From a virus: 64,000 nt of DNA. Positions 35,582 to 44,333 of the stretch are shown one piece after another. Each line of letters begins with the position of its first letter. Positions within the stretch are counted from its first letter, which is position 1. The stretch lies in IMG/VR virus record IMGVR_UViG_3300046779_001123, positions 9,972 through 73,971 of that record. One strand, given 5' to 3'. The translations under genes and the position numbers were made by a program. Below the pieces are notes generated by a model. The model saw only the letters and a program-made list of their open reading frames with translations, did not search any database and had not been told where the DNA came from.

Positions 35582-36220
35582 ATGTATAAAAGATTGTTAG
35601 CGTTCGGTGATAGTTTTACATTTGGGCACGAGTTAGACGATTGTTTCAAAGACCAACCGAGTAATCAAACGTATTCGGCATTACTAGGACAATGGTTAGA
35701 TATTCCATACCAATGCCACGCTGTTGGGTCTAACGCCAATCAAAGCATTACTAGAAATATACTCAATGCTGATATTTTGCAAAACGATCTTGTGATTATA
35801 ATGTGGACATACGAAGAGCGCCAAGACTTTTTGTTTGATGGCAAACGTGGATGGTCGAGTGTGTCCCCAACTGATTTTGATCAATTTGCAACTTGTTTTT
35901 ATAAACATATTGATCCTACATTACAGTATTTTCAATATCTATCACATAAAGAAATATTTTTAGTCCAAAAGTATTTGGATAATATTGGAGTAAATCACAT
36001 TCATTGTTGTGTTACTTCGTCTTTATTAGAAAGTATCAACTACAGAAATTCCCCAATAAGTAAACAGATTAACACATCTAATTGGATTGCGATGCCGGGA
36101 CCTACAGGGTTCTATGATTGGGCAAAAAGTCAATCATTGATTGTAAGACAGGGCGGGCATGCAAACTCGTATGCACACCAACAATTATTTGAGTTAATAA
36201 AACAACACATGCCTGGATAG
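35582..36220 (+). CDS. SGNH/GDSL-hydrolase-like protein (paralog 3) inside the tRNA island
   Basis: N-terminal LLAFGDSFTFG; overlaps tRNA-Val at its 3' end. Confidence 0.5.
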   Translation: MYKRLLAFGDSFTFGHELDDCFKDQPSNQTYSALLGQWLDIPYQCHAVGSNANQSITRNILNADILQNDLVIIMWTYEERQDFLFDGKRGWSSVSPTDFDQFATCFYKHIDPTLQYFQYLSHKEIFLVQKYLDNIGVNHIHCCVTSSLLESINYRNSPISKQINTSNWIAMPGPTGFYDWAKSQSLIVRQGGHANSYAHQQLFELIKQHMPG

Positions 36221-36282
36221 CTCAGGGGTAGAGCGTCTCCTTTACACGGAGAGGGTCCGCGGTTCGAAACCGTGTCCAGGTA
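36211..36282 (+). tRNA. tRNA-Val (TAC)
   Basis: Stem TCTCC/GGAGA, loop TTTACAC. Confidence 0.8.
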
Positions 36283-36291
36283 CCAGACAAT

Positions 36292-36363
36292 CGGCTGTTA
36301 GTTCAATGGATAGAATTCCATGCTTCGAACTTGGAGATGTGGGTTCGATTCCTGCACAGCCGG
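36292..36363 (+). tRNA. tRNA-Arg (TCG)
   Basis: Loop CTTCGAA; D- and T-arms paralogous to tRNA-Arg(TCT) at 33374. Confidence 0.55.
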
Positions 36364-36383
36364 CCACTAGCAAGGAGGAAGAG

Positions 36384-36569
36384 ATGAAACCCGTGACTTT
36401 TGAAAATAAATTAAATCGCGAACGTGTCATCTGTGATGATACACGACTATCCCAGTGGGTAGATGGGGTAGAATACCTTGCAGTGCATCGAGAGAATTCA
36501 CCTAGAATTTTTTTAATGCGGCGAGATAGTTTAGAAAAAGTAAAAACAAAAGAAAAAATGGCTCCGTAG
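36384..36569 (+). CDS. Small hypothetical protein (61 aa)
   Basis: AAGGAGG SD 6 nt upstream of ATG. Confidence 0.35.
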   Translation: MKPVTFENKLNRERVICDDTRLSQWVDGVEYLAVHRENSPRIFLMRRDSLEKVKTKEKMAP

Positions 36570-36633
36570 TTCAGTCTGGCAGAACGTTGGTCTCCAAAAC
36601 CAAATGTCGGTGGTTCAAATCCATCCGGGGTCG
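36560..36633 (+). tRNA. tRNA-Trp (CCA)
   Basis: Stem TTGGT/ACCAA, loop CTCCAAA. Confidence 0.75.
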
Positions 36634-36649
36634 CCATACACAACAGTAA

Positions 36650-37198
36650 TCATCGAGGTTTACACCATAAAGACAGAAAAGAAAGGTCAAGCCATTTTTT
36701 TTCCATTCCTAAGATAGGCACTGGATCAGTTAGAAAAGAACTATAAATTTCAAAGTGCCGATTAAATTGATCAATATACCAATCTTTAGTCCTTAGCTGA
36801 TGATTTGGTAATATTACTATTTTAGCAACAAGATCCTTTTTAGTTAAAAAATGCAAGTCGTCAAGAACAGTATCAAAATATTGATTTTCAACGTGATTTA
36901 TTGCATTGTTAGTTAAAACTAAATCACAAGGCACAGTAGGATATGTTGAATATTTGCTAACAAAAGGATCATATCCATAAGCTGGCATGTCTGTAACATC
37001 TTTTAGTATTAATCCGTTGCCGCAACCATAGTCTAATATTGACGTAGGTTTTAACTTGTTTATAATATCTGTGTGAGATACTTCTTTGCCATCTTGCGCT
37101 CGGAACATGTAAGGATAATTATTTCCCCAGTGTGGAATATTTGCGTATGCAAACTCGTGCTTGGCACGAAGTTCGTTAGTATACAATATTTTGGTCAT
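36650..37198 (-). CDS. Class I SAM-dependent methyltransferase (minus strand, inside the tRNA island)
   Basis: ILDYGCGNGLILKD motif I; start trimmed to MTKILY because the longer ORF overlaps the + gene at 37223. Confidence 0.55.
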   Translation of the reverse strand: MTKILYTNELRAKHEFAYANIPHWGNNYPYMFRAQDGKEVSHTDIINKLKPTSILDYGCGNGLILKDVTDMPAYGYDPFVSKYSTYPTVPCDLVLTNNAINHVENQYFDTVLDDLHFLTKKDLVAKIVILPNHQLRTKDWYIDQFNRHFEIYSSFLTDPVPILGMEKKWLDLSFLSLWCKPR

Positions 37199-37222
37199 AA
37201 AATATTTATTTGAGAGGAAAAA

Positions 37223-37714
37223 ATGACAAAATTTAACATCGAAGAAATCCGTGACTTCATTGCGGCACAAAGTCCAGAAACCAAAATTTACATTGGTTGC
37301 GACTCTGAACGCACAAAGATCAACGGCGTATGGCATGCTGTATATACAGCCGCCATTGTAGTTCACATCAATGGCAACAATGGATGCAGACTATTCGGTG
37401 AAGTGACTCGTGAACGTGACTATGATCAAAAGGCCAATCGCCCTAGCACACGTTTAATGACCGAAGTTTACAAAGTTTCTGCTTTGTATTTGAAATTAGC
37501 AGATGTGTTAGAAGGTCGTGATGTTGAAGTTCACTTAGACGTCAACCCCGACGAACATTATGGTTCAAGCTGTGTTGTAAGCCAAGCTATCGGTTATATC
37601 CGTGGCGTTTGCAATGTTGAACCAATGGTTAAGCCGCAAGCGTTTGCCGCAAGTTATGCAGCCGACAGGTTCCGTAGCTTAGGCACAGCTCGAGGCCATG
37701 CCCAGGTGGTGTAA
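37223..37714 (+). CDS. Hypothetical protein
   Basis: GAGGAAAAA RBS; 3' end reads into tRNA-Leu. Confidence 0.4.
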   Translation: MTKFNIEEIRDFIAAQSPETKIYIGCDSERTKINGVWHAVYTAAIVVHINGNNGCRLFGEVTRERDYDQKANRPSTRLMTEVYKVSALYLKLADVLEGRDVEVHLDVNPDEHYGSSCVVSQAIGYIRGVCNVEPMVKPQAFAASYAADRFRSLGTARGHAQVV

Positions 37715-37778
37715 TTGGTAGCCACGTCAGACTCAAAATCTGATGCGCAAGCGTGTCGGTTCGAGTCCGACCCTGGGC
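37700..37778 (+). tRNA. tRNA-Leu (CAA)
   Basis: Stem TCAGA/TCTGA, loop CTCAAAA, long variable arm. Confidence 0.85.
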
Positions 37779-37812
37779 ACCACAATTTCGGTAAAACTGA
37801 TTAAAAAAGTTG

Positions 37813-37841
37813 TTGACAACTAAATCAGTTTATACTACAAT
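37813..37841 (+). promoter_or_regulatory. Sigma70-like promoter (TTGACA-17-TACAAT) driving the downstream structured region
   Basis: TTGACAACTAAATCAGTTTATACTACAAT. Confidence 0.5.
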
Positions 37842-37844
37842 AGA

Positions 37845-38335
37845 TACTTAGGGCAGTTTATTGTCCTGTAGCGTATGGTTCGCCCAGCGTTGCGAAGAAT
37901 AACTGTGGTGACACAGCCAAAGGAGGTAAGCCTACGCAACTCCGCCAGCAATGGTTCATGTAAACAAGCCTGCTCAGGTCCGTGAGGATCCGATCACTGA
38001 TAAGACCGGTGGTTGTAACAATGACGCTGGAAGTATAGGAAAGAGCTTTTGCTTACAAGCCCGCAAGGGGAACTTGAGTAGAAGAAAAGTAACAGGTGGT
38101 GCTGACTTCTATGCAAAACCAGTCCAGTTAATTGGTATGAGAAAGGGTAGTGTATTTGTCCGAGGGGTTGCACCCAAGGGCTTGTATGCAGTTTTAGTGG
38201 CAAGTGGAGGTACGCGAAAGCCGAGACCCGACACTGATCGCAAAAGACGACTGAGTAGTCCGCAAGACAAAAGGTACATGGTGAGTTGTATTATGCAATC
38301 CAAAAGATTGTGTAGCAACTGAGGCAGCTCATCGT
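37845..38335 (+). ncRNA. ~490-nt GC-rich structured ncRNA candidate
   Basis: Multiple GNRA-tetraloop hairpins (CCCGCAAGGGG, GCGAAAGC, CGCAAAAG); higher GC than neighbours; overlapping ORF 37951..38322 has R/K/G-rich protein-atypical composition and no RBS. Confidence 0.4.
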
Positions 38336-38339
38336 AGTA

Positions 38340-38411
38340 GGTTAAGTAGCACAATGGTAGTGCAGTTCCCTTTTAAGGAATAGGCTGTTGGTTCAAATCC
38401 AACCTTATACA
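38340..38411 (+). tRNA. tRNA-like gene, loop CTTTTAA (Lys-TTT-like), imperfect acceptor; possible pseudogene
   Basis: D-arm GCAC..GTGC, stem GTTCC/GGAAT, T-arm GTTGGTTCAAATCCAAC; acceptor pairs 5/7; no CCA. Confidence 0.3.
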
Positions 38412-38415
38412 AAAA

Positions 38416-38835
38416 TGCAAAGACTGCCTCGGTCATACGTGAAAAGCATCTAATGCTTGACACGCAAGTGAATCAAGTCTGACGTAGCTCGCAAGGTGAA
38501 ATCAGTTTGTGTTAGAAGTTTCGTAGCATCTTAGCGGATGTGAATGGCTCTAAAAGGTCAACGGGAAATAAGACACAGAGTAGCGTGTGACGACAAGTCT
38601 ACTGCCTGACTTTAAAAACGGCGATGCTGATAGCAGACAGTGATACCGCAAGGGTCGCTGTGGATGTCGGAAGAAGTAGTGCTCGCAAGGTGCTATATAA
38701 TGTCCGAGGTGCTATTGGCTTAAGGTGTAATCTCAACCTTAGGCACTATTATAAAACACATTAGTTGAGCTTGATGTTTTGACTGATCAACATAGCTACA
38801 TAGGGTAGATTAGTGTGTTTCATAATAGAAAGATT
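38416..38835 (+). ncRNA. ~420-nt non-coding structured region with repeated GCTCGCAAGGTG motif
   Basis: GTAGCTCGCAAGGTG at 38477 and GTGCTCGCAAGGTG at 38679; CCGCAAGGG hairpin; no ORF. Confidence 0.35.
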
Positions 38836-38837
38836 TT

Positions 38838-38912
38838 GTCTCGGTACCAGAGCGACTCAATGGCGTGGATTGCAAATCCATCGATTCGTAGGTTTGAATC
38901 CTACCCGGGACT
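38838..38912 (+). tRNA. tRNA-Cys (GCA)
   Basis: Loop TTGCAAA, T-arm GTAGGTTTGAATCCTAC. Confidence 0.75.
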
Positions 38913-39207
38913 CCAATTAGTTTTGCTAGTTTTCACAAAACTAGACTGTGATGTATGGAGATGAGGAGTTGCACAAGTAGTATCCGACTTGAAATTGGAA
39001 TACTGCATAATTAACGTGATCCAGTGTCCTGAGATGAATTGGCGAAAGCCGTGTTTGTTGATGCTCAGAAAAATTGGTATCCTCTGCTTGTTGAATGTTG
39101 CTTTGGCGCTATACTGTAATGGTTATGCCAATGTTAATTGCAAATTGTTCAGCGGCTTACTTGCCATACACTCACTGTTTTATATTCAAATAGAAAGGAA
39201 CTCGAAT

Positions 39208-39774
39208 ATGAAGATTACACTTCGCAAAGCAAATGCTTTACAAAACGCTATCCAAGACCACATCAAGACTCTTGATGTTAAGACCTCGATTTCTCTAAAC
39301 GAGTTCCAAAACATCGAAGGTGAGTTGGCTCTAGCTCGTGGTGTTGCATTTGAAAACGATCTTAAACGTGCTCGTTTGACAAAGGCATTGTATGGCATTC
39401 GTGCCCGTGTTGGTCGTGCTAATGTTGAATCTGGCGTAAGCGATTTGCTTGCTGATGCCGCTTATGTTGATAAGCGCCTGGGCCACTTGAAAGGCTTAAC
39501 TGAAAGCAAAGCAGTTGAACCGGCATCTGTTTTAAACGGCAAAGTTGAAAAACTTCGCAACACAGATGCCAAGAACCGTATGTATGGTTATAACGACACA
39601 GTTGATACTGGTGTGTTTACACCGGATCAAATCGAAGGCTACAAAGCAGACATGCGTAGCCTGAAGAAGGAAAAGCAAAGCATCAACGACAAGGTGCTAG
39701 AACTCAATGTTCGCACTGAAGTTGAGTTGGATGTAGACACTGTTGCACTGCTACAAGCAGAACAATTAGTGTAA
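39208..39774 (+). CDS. Hypothetical protein (coiled-coil-like)
   Basis: AAAGGAACT RBS; start trimmed from ORF 38989 to the internal ATG. Confidence 0.45.
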   Translation: MKITLRKANALQNAIQDHIKTLDVKTSISLNEFQNIEGELALARGVAFENDLKRARLTKALYGIRARVGRANVESGVSDLLADAAYVDKRLGHLKGLTESKAVEPASVLNGKVEKLRNTDAKNRMYGYNDTVDTGVFTPDQIEGYKADMRSLKKEKQSINDKVLELNVRTEVELDVDTVALLQAEQLV

Positions 39775-39781
39775 ATAGTTG

Positions 39782-39855
39782 TGCGGAAGAGTGAAACGGT
39801 TTCCACGGAAGTCTCATAAGCTTCAGACATCAGGTTCGACTCCTGCTTTCCGCAA
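39782..39855 (+). tRNA. tRNA anticodon CAT (Met, fMet or Ile2), copy 3
   Basis: Acceptor TGCGGAA/TTCCGCA, loop CTCATAA. Confidence 0.6.
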
Positions 39856-39906
39856 CCAGGCCTCGCCTTTGCTAACGGCGTATAATAGGATAAATTGTTA
39901 GCACTT

Positions 39907-39987
39907 GCCCCGGTGGTGTAATGGTAGCCACGCTGGTCTTAGAAGCCAGTGGAGAGATCCGTGTCGGTTCGAGTCCGACCTGGGGCA
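39907..39987 (+). tRNA. tRNA-Leu (TAG)
   Basis: Loop CTTAGAA, long variable arm. Confidence 0.85.
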
Positions 39988-39996
39988 CCAAAATTT

Positions 39997-40069
39997 GCGT
40001 GATTAACTCAGTTGGTAGAGTGCCAATTTGACTCGTTGGATGTCGGCAGTTCGAATCTGTCATCACGCA
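39997..40069 (+). tRNA. tRNA-Val (GAC), position 37 is U
   Basis: Acceptor GCGTGAT/ATCACGC, stem CCAAT/GTTGG, loop TTGACTC. Confidence 0.55.
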
Positions 40070-40087
40070 CCAAGCCATATATAAGCT

Positions 40088-41986
40088 GTGCAGAAAATTA
40101 TCAGCTTTGTCCAAGTAAACTTTCAACAAGGACCTCGAGAACTCAACGCTTACTATCTACCCTACACCGCAGGTGTGGTGTTAGCCTACGCATTAGAGCA
40201 AAATCCAGACTGGAAACTCGGCGAACTTATATGGCGTAGAGATCCAATTGAAGAAACAGCACAACGTCTAAAGCACAGTGATGCAGTTGGGTTCAGCACG
40301 TATGTGTGGAATCATCAATACAACTATGCTCTAGCTAAACGAGTAAAAGAGCTTAATCCTAACTGCTTGATTGTAACCGGGGGTCCCGAGATTGCAATTA
40401 CAGATCCAGACTTGTTTATAAAAAACCCCTGGATGGATGCAGCAGTTAAGATGGAGGGCGAGCTTGTGTTTTCACAACTACTAAAAGAATATGGGAATAA
40501 CTTATTATCTATCTCAGGCTTAGTAGTTAACGTGGATGGACGGGCAGTAGACACAGGCAATAGTGATCGAATTAATACCTTAGACCAACTTCCAAGTCCG
40601 TATCTAACCGGACTGTTTGACGACCTATTGAGTGCCTACCCAGACATAACCTGGAACGCCACACTTGAAACAAATCGCGGTTGCCCATACCAATGCACGT
40701 TTTGCGATTGGGGTAGCCTTACTTACAATAAAGTAAAGCTATTCAACTTAGATCGTGTATTCCGTGAGTTAGAATGGATTGGCGAGCATTGCGGTTTCGT
40801 TACTATTACAGACGCAAACTTCGGAATGTTTGTTGAACGCGACAACTCAATTGTTTCAAAGTTGATCGAAGTCCAGTTACGTTGGAACAATCTTACTAGT
40901 TTCTCAATGACCTGGGCCAAGAATCAAAAGAACGAAGTTGTTGATATTGTGCGTAGACTTGTCGACGAAAGTCCCACAGCTAGTCAAGGACTTACTGTTA
41001 GTGTGCAAAGCATGAACGAAGGTGTGCTGGATATTATCAAGCGCCGCAACTTGGACCAACACAAGATTGAAGAAATATTTTCATTGTGTGATCGTTATAA
41101 CATTCCCGTGCATACCGAACTTATTTTAGGCTTGCCCGGTGATACAGAAGCCAGCTGGAAGGAAAATTTTTGGCGATTATTTAGAGCAGGCAATCACACA
41201 GGCATCAGCATACTACATGCACAGTTGTTAGAAAATGCTGAAATGAATATCAGCCAACGCAAATTCTACAAGCTAGACGCTGTTCCAATCTATGATTATA
41301 TGAGTGGCAGTTATAGCAATGGCGAAGTCGAAGAAAGCATGGAAGTAGTTGTCGGCACTAGAGATATACCGCGCAACAAAATGCTGGACTTGATGATATG
41401 GAACAGTTTCATACAAACATTTCATATTAATGGTTTGACAACTTACATTGCAAGATACATGGCCTCACAAGGTGTAGACTATAAAGAATTTTACGACAAA
41501 TTATGGTATCGATTGCAACGTGATCCATGGTGGCAACAGCAGTTTGCAACTACTCGAAAACTATACGAAGAGTGGATTAATAATGGCAGAGTCAATGTTC
41601 AAGTGGGCGGAATAAGTGTGCCTGGGTGGAATCTACACAACAGAATGACTTTGGTACTACATGCTGAACACAAAATCAATCAAACATACGATTTGATATA
41701 TCAATTCATTTGTGCAGAGTTTGATATCAACTGCGCAGATCAATTGACCGTATTTCAAAGATTTACTGTGATTGATCATGCTACATTATCAAAGTTTCCC
41801 CGGCGTCAACAATTTGATTGGGATTTTTGGGGATACTTGGTTCACGGTTCAGAAATAAATCAAGCAGTGTGCTATGAGTTTGACACTGCCGAAGACAAAA
41901 CAATGAGTGCCAAAATGTTTTTAGAAAATTTTTATTTCGGTCGTAAAAGAAATTTTGGTAAAACAAATATTACCCGGGTGGTGTAA
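40088..41986 (+). CDS. B12-binding radical SAM (class B) enzyme
   Basis: N-terminal B12-binding-like Rossmann region (LIVTGGPE), TNRGCPYQCTFCDW CxxxCxxC cluster; 632 aa; located between tRNA genes. Confidence 0.65.
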   Translation: MQKIISFVQVNFQQGPRELNAYYLPYTAGVVLAYALEQNPDWKLGELIWRRDPIEETAQRLKHSDAVGFSTYVWNHQYNYALAKRVKELNPNCLIVTGGPEIAITDPDLFIKNPWMDAAVKMEGELVFSQLLKEYGNNLLSISGLVVNVDGRAVDTGNSDRINTLDQLPSPYLTGLFDDLLSAYPDITWNATLETNRGCPYQCTFCDWGSLTYNKVKLFNLDRVFRELEWIGEHCGFVTITDANFGMFVERDNSIVSKLIEVQLRWNNLTSFSMTWAKNQKNEVVDIVRRLVDESPTASQGLTVSVQSMNEGVLDIIKRRNLDQHKIEEIFSLCDRYNIPVHTELILGLPGDTEASWKENFWRLFRAGNHTGISILHAQLLENAEMNISQRKFYKLDAVPIYDYMSGSYSNGEVEESMEVVVGTRDIPRNKMLDLMIWNSFIQTFHINGLTTYIARYMASQGVDYKEFYDKLWYRLQRDPWWQQQFATTRKLYEEWINNGRVNVQVGGISVPGWNLHNRMTLVLHAEHKINQTYDLIYQFICAEFDINCADQLTVFQRFTVIDHATLSKFPRRQQFDWDFWGYLVHGSEINQAVCYEFDTAEDKTMSAKMFLENFYFGRKRNFGKTNITRVV

Positions 41987-42051
41987 TGGTAGCCACGCAG
42001 CGTTGAGGTCGCTGTGCCAAAAGCGTGTGAGTTCGAATCTCATCCCGGGTA
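41972..42051 (+). tRNA. tRNA-Leu (GAG)
   Basis: Stem CAGCG/CGCTG, loop TTGAGGT, long variable arm. Confidence 0.85.
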
Positions 42052-42061
42052 CCAAATTTAT

Positions 42062-42127
42062 TGACTCTTCTGGAGATGTGCTGGATTCCAACCCTGGCAC
42101 TTGGAGGTTCGATTCCTTCCGGGTCAG
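42062..42127 (+). tRNA. Short (66 nt) tRNA-like gene lacking a proper D-arm
   Basis: Acceptor TGACTCT/CGGGTCA + G + CCA, T-arm GGAGGTTCGATTCCTTC. Confidence 0.3.
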
Positions 42128-42135
42128 CCAGTTTT

Positions 42136-42349
42136 GCAAGCAAATAAACGTGTAAGGGTAATGCCCCAGTTAGCTCTAGGACTGGAACTCCACTTAATCT
42201 AACATGGACCAGCTGGATAGATGAGAGGTCTATCACTGTTTTCGGTGTCAAGGATTTTCTATTACGGAATGCCGGAGTGCTAACCCCGTGTCGAAAGTTT
42301 TCAGCCACACGCCTTAGCGAAACCGAGTTGCTTGCATTTTTTTTTACCA
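42136..42349 (+). ncRNA. ~200-nt structured RNA candidate closed by a long-range helix, ending in a U-tract terminator
   Basis: TGCAAGCAA (42136) pairs with TTGCTTGCA (42327) then TTTTTTTTT; internal GCGAAAC/GTCGAAAG hairpins. Confidence 0.35.
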
Positions 42350-42379
42350 TTTTTCTCAAAAGAGATATATACGCATAAT

Positions 42380-42814
42380 ATGTTGCACTTTATTACACAA
42401 TCCACTGATCCATTGTTGACTTATCTCAAAGACGATCCTGTGCGTCCAGATATTCCTGCGGATTTTCGTGTAAGTGGAAAGCGATTTGTTTCGGCATTGG
42501 TTGATCAACAGCCTCGAGCAATAGTGTGTGTAAGTCTACATGATTTTGTCCCTGCAGATGTCAACGATCTCAAACAAGATTCTACTAAACCGGATACAGC
42601 AATTTTTTACACTATCTGGAGTTATGCACCAGGTGCTGGCGCAGAACTGTTGCGTGAAACAGTTGCAGGAATTCGCAAACAATTTCCCAATATTAAAAAC
42701 TTTGTTACTCTGAGTCCAAAGACAGAAATGGCTCGACGTTTTCATTTAAAGAATGGTGCCAGAATCATGCGAGAAAATCCCGATACTGTCAACTACGAGT
42801 ATTGGAATCTATGA
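42380..42814 (+). CDS. Hypothetical protein
   Basis: ORF track 42332..42814, start trimmed to the ATG after the terminator. Confidence 0.4.
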   Translation: MLHFITQSTDPLLTYLKDDPVRPDIPADFRVSGKRFVSALVDQQPRAIVCVSLHDFVPADVNDLKQDSTKPDTAIFYTIWSYAPGAGAELLRETVAGIRKQFPNIKNFVTLSPKTEMARRFHLKNGARIMRENPDTVNYEYWNL

Positions 42815-43053
42815 ACAACGTTGCGTCACATGACAACTACAATCTAAAACTACTATATGCAACCACAGGTGGGTTGCCATATAACCCTGCTACTTACACC
42901 CGTATCACCGAATTCACTGCTAGCTTTCCCAGTGTAAGCAATCAACCATTCTCTGCCGAGCCTCATCATGCCAAGCCAGCGTATGAACCCGAGGCTCCAT
43001 ATCCCCAAATTTACACCCGAGACTATAAGAAAACTCTATTAGCGACATTGTAA
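42802..43053 (+). CDS. Hypothetical protein
   Basis: 83-aa ORF, proline-rich. Confidence 0.3.
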   Translation: MESMNNVASHDNYNLKLLYATTGGLPYNPATYTRITEFTASFPSVSNQPFSAEPHHAKPAYEPEAPYPQIYTRDYKKTLLATL

Positions 43054-43169
43054 AATACAATAGGAAAAATCTATTTTTTCGTAGACTTCATTGCTAATTA
43101 CTATTATAATAACACATGTCAGCGATGACATAAAATCAATTTTTCATTTAACTTATAGGAGAATTATCA

Positions 43170-43709
43170 ATGAAAACTGTTGGCGATAAAATCACAAATT
43201 TTGCAGTAACAGGCGTTAAGCCCGGACAACCCGAAGACGCTTTTTATACAATCACAGACCAGAGCTTCGAAGGCAAATGGAAAGTCATCGTATACTACCC
43301 AAAGGACTTTACCTTTGTATGCCCAACTGAAATTGTAGCATACGACAAGTTAGCACAAGACTTTGCTGATCGTGACGCTGTATTGCTCACAGGTTCTACA
43401 GATAATGAGTTCTGTAAAGTTGCTTGGCAAAATGCTCACGCCGACTTAAAGAAGATCACACATCACCAGTTCGCCGACACACAGCGTGGCGAGTTGAGCT
43501 TGATTGAGCAGTTAGGTGTATTCTATGCTCCAGCAGGTGCTGCACTTCGTGCAACATTCATTGTTGACCCTAACAACGAAATCCAGCACGTTACAGTCAA
43601 CAACTTAAACGTTGGTCGTAGCCCGGAAGAAACCCTGCGTGTGTTAGACGCATTGCAAACTGGCGAACTCTGTGCTTGCAACCGCACTGTTGGTGGCGAG
43701 ACTCTGTAA
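43170..43709 (+). CDS. ahpC: Peroxiredoxin (AhpC/TSA 2-Cys family)
   Basis: DFTFVCPTE peroxidatic Cys motif; AGGAGA RBS. Confidence 0.85.
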   Translation: MKTVGDKITNFAVTGVKPGQPEDAFYTITDQSFEGKWKVIVYYPKDFTFVCPTEIVAYDKLAQDFADRDAVLLTGSTDNEFCKVAWQNAHADLKKITHHQFADTQRGELSLIEQLGVFYAPAGAALRATFIVDPNNEIQHVTVNNLNVGRSPEETLRVLDALQTGELCACNRTVGGETL

Positions 43710-44332
43710 TGTTAGAAACTATATGCGACACACTGGTTGAAGCATATAGGCGCAACTGGATTACCAGTCGTGATGGCAATGTGAGTATTCGTCATCACGA
43801 CAGGGATCACTTTTACATCACACCCAGTGGCGTTCGTAAGCAAACCATGCAACCGGATCAGTTCAAAAAGATTAGAATTGTAAGTAGTCTAATGTGGTCA
43901 GAAGAATACTACACTGACATCAGTGCTAACCTAAAACCCAGTGGCGAGATTCCACTTCATTTTGGTTTACAGAAGAACATGGGTCAGCACAGTAATGATG
44001 TTAGAGTAGTAGTTCACTTACATCCTACATATTGTGTGGCTGCTATGCATCGTGGAATCGAATTAAGCAGTCTTGCTAATGACTTTCCTGAACTCAGTCG
44101 CTATACCAAGGTAGCACCTAACGTGGGAGATGTTCCTCCAATCAGTCAAGAACTAGCAGATCGGTGCCATGAGAACTTGCAGCTAGATATTCGCGGCAAC
44201 ATTGGTTATGATATTGTAGGCATCAAAGGCCACGGCGTAGTTGCTATAGACACCAGCCCATGGCGGGCTTTTGAACACATTGAACGATTGGAACACATTT
44301 GCCAAATCGTATTAGCATCAGGGAAATATTAA
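43709..44332 (+). CDS. Class II aldolase/adducin-family protein
   Basis: RDGNVSIR, VHLHPTY, GIKGHGVVAID blocks; start overlaps ahpC stop (TAATG). Confidence 0.55.
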   Translation: MLETICDTLVEAYRRNWITSRDGNVSIRHHDRDHFYITPSGVRKQTMQPDQFKKIRIVSSLMWSEEYYTDISANLKPSGEIPLHFGLQKNMGQHSNDVRVVVHLHPTYCVAAMHRGIELSSLANDFPELSRYTKVAPNVGDVPPISQELADRCHENLQLDIRGNIGYDIVGIKGHGVVAIDTSPWRAFEHIERLEHICQIVLASGKY

Positions 44333-44333
44333 A

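Noticed and set aside
37951-38322. 123-aa ORF inside the GC-rich region
   Set aside because: It has R/K/G-rich low-complexity translation and no RBS, and it lies in a stretch full of GNRA hairpins. It is more likely structured RNA.
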